DNA of 64,000 nucleotides from Schwartzia sp. (in: firmicutes) (GTDB lineage Bacteria; Bacillota; Negativicutes; Selenomonadales; Selenomonadaceae): NCBI GenBank assembly GCA_017480545.1, contig JAFVAI010000012.1, positions 5,452 to 69,451 of the forward strand, read 5' to 3'. Shown piece by piece: positions 63,519 to 64,000 of this stretch (position 1 is its first letter; each line of letters starts with the position of its first letter). The notes under the pieces were generated by a model. It saw only the letters and a program-made list of their open reading frames with translations, ran no database searches and was not told where the DNA came from. The position numbers and the translations under genes were made by a program.

Positions 63519-64000
63519 TCAAATCGCCCAAAGCCCTTCGCGTCGCGCACGAAGTCCTTCCTCCCCGTAGCGTTGGAAGATTGCTGTGAGAGTATCCATC
63601 ATTTTTTGCTTGTCCTCGGGAAGATGCCCAAAGATGGGCGTAATGATAGAAGCGTTGGTCGCATCAATGATTGTCTCAATTTCAAGACGGGAAAGAAAGG
63701 CTTGGAGTTCTTTGATGCGTTCGGCCTCCGTAGCTTCAACAAAAGTGCCGTTTTTCACATCTGCCATGAGCGGGGTGTCGGGAAAAAGAGTAAGTCCCGC
63801 CGCCATAACCCGGAACGGCGTGAGCTGATTGATGACGTCCGCTGTCTTTTCCGCATGGGAGAGACCGTAGCCGTGCCCGCCAAGACCACTCAAGAAAATG
63901 ACGGCATAGTCCATGCCCGCTTTGGTAAGCTTGCCCAACTGCTCTATGATGTCCTTGGCTTCGTAACCCTTGTTCATGCGCTTCAGCACAGCATCATCGC
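63519..64000 (-). CDS. Radical SAM family protein, C-terminal part (5-prime end lies outside the window)
   Basis: The frame stays open to the window edge (…DDAVLKRMNKGY…, typical of radical SAM cores). The assignment rests on that segment only. Confidence 0.55.
   Translation of the reverse strand, partial: DDAVLKRMNKGYEAKDIIEQLGKLTKAGMDYAVIFLSGLGGHGYGLSHAEKTADVINQLTPFRVMAAGLTLFPDTPLMADVKNGTFVEATEAERIKELQAFLSRLEIETIIDATNASIITPIFGHLPEDKQKMMDTLTAIFQRYGEEGLRARREGLWAI

Overview
High-GC (roughly 60% or more by eye) Clostridia-like chromosomal segment. No rRNA, tRNA, CRISPR array, integrase or transposase was recognised. 1-7.4 kb holds the canonical nusA-ylxR-ylxQ-infB-rbfA-nrnA-truB-ribF operon. 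7.5-12 kb holds a nitrosative-stress cluster (hcp, a Crp/Fnr HcpR-like regulator, DUF438, ferredoxins). It has a TGTAAC-N4-GTTACA box at class-II distance from a TATAAT, and a 3 x 60 bp tandem palindromic repeat. 13-28.7 kb holds mixed housekeeping and accessory genes: a Tat-signal FAD oxidoreductase, a SHOCT protein, RNase HI with two hybrid-binding domains, HAD hydrolases, a hybrid-HK / 2x BMP-like / REC-GGDEF operon, metH, and an ArsC-PRiA4_ORF3 fusion. 29-35 kb is a secreted esterase / DUF4127 / SGNH cluster. 35-50.7 kb is a mosaic toxin-antitoxin / defence-type island and the most interesting part of the window. It contains a dinJ remnant and two paralogous AbrB-PIN cassettes. Those cassettes bracket a repeat-RNA plus split-ORF module and an uncharacterised AAA+ four-gene operon. 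The island also holds an HTH-WYL-led three-gene operon, an internally duplicated zinc-ribbon miniprotein and a MITE-like element. Further along are a strongly AT-rich five-gene coiled-coil operon, a higBA-like pair, divergent XRE genes, a vapBC-like pair and a Ser/Thr kinase. 51-64 kb holds PTS components, asparaginase, cell-wall enzymes, two phosphoesterases, a truncated OPT transporter, a lower-GC hydrolase and a partial radical SAM gene. Many very long ORFs in the supplied track are antisense or out-of-frame shadows typical of high-GC DNA and were not called.
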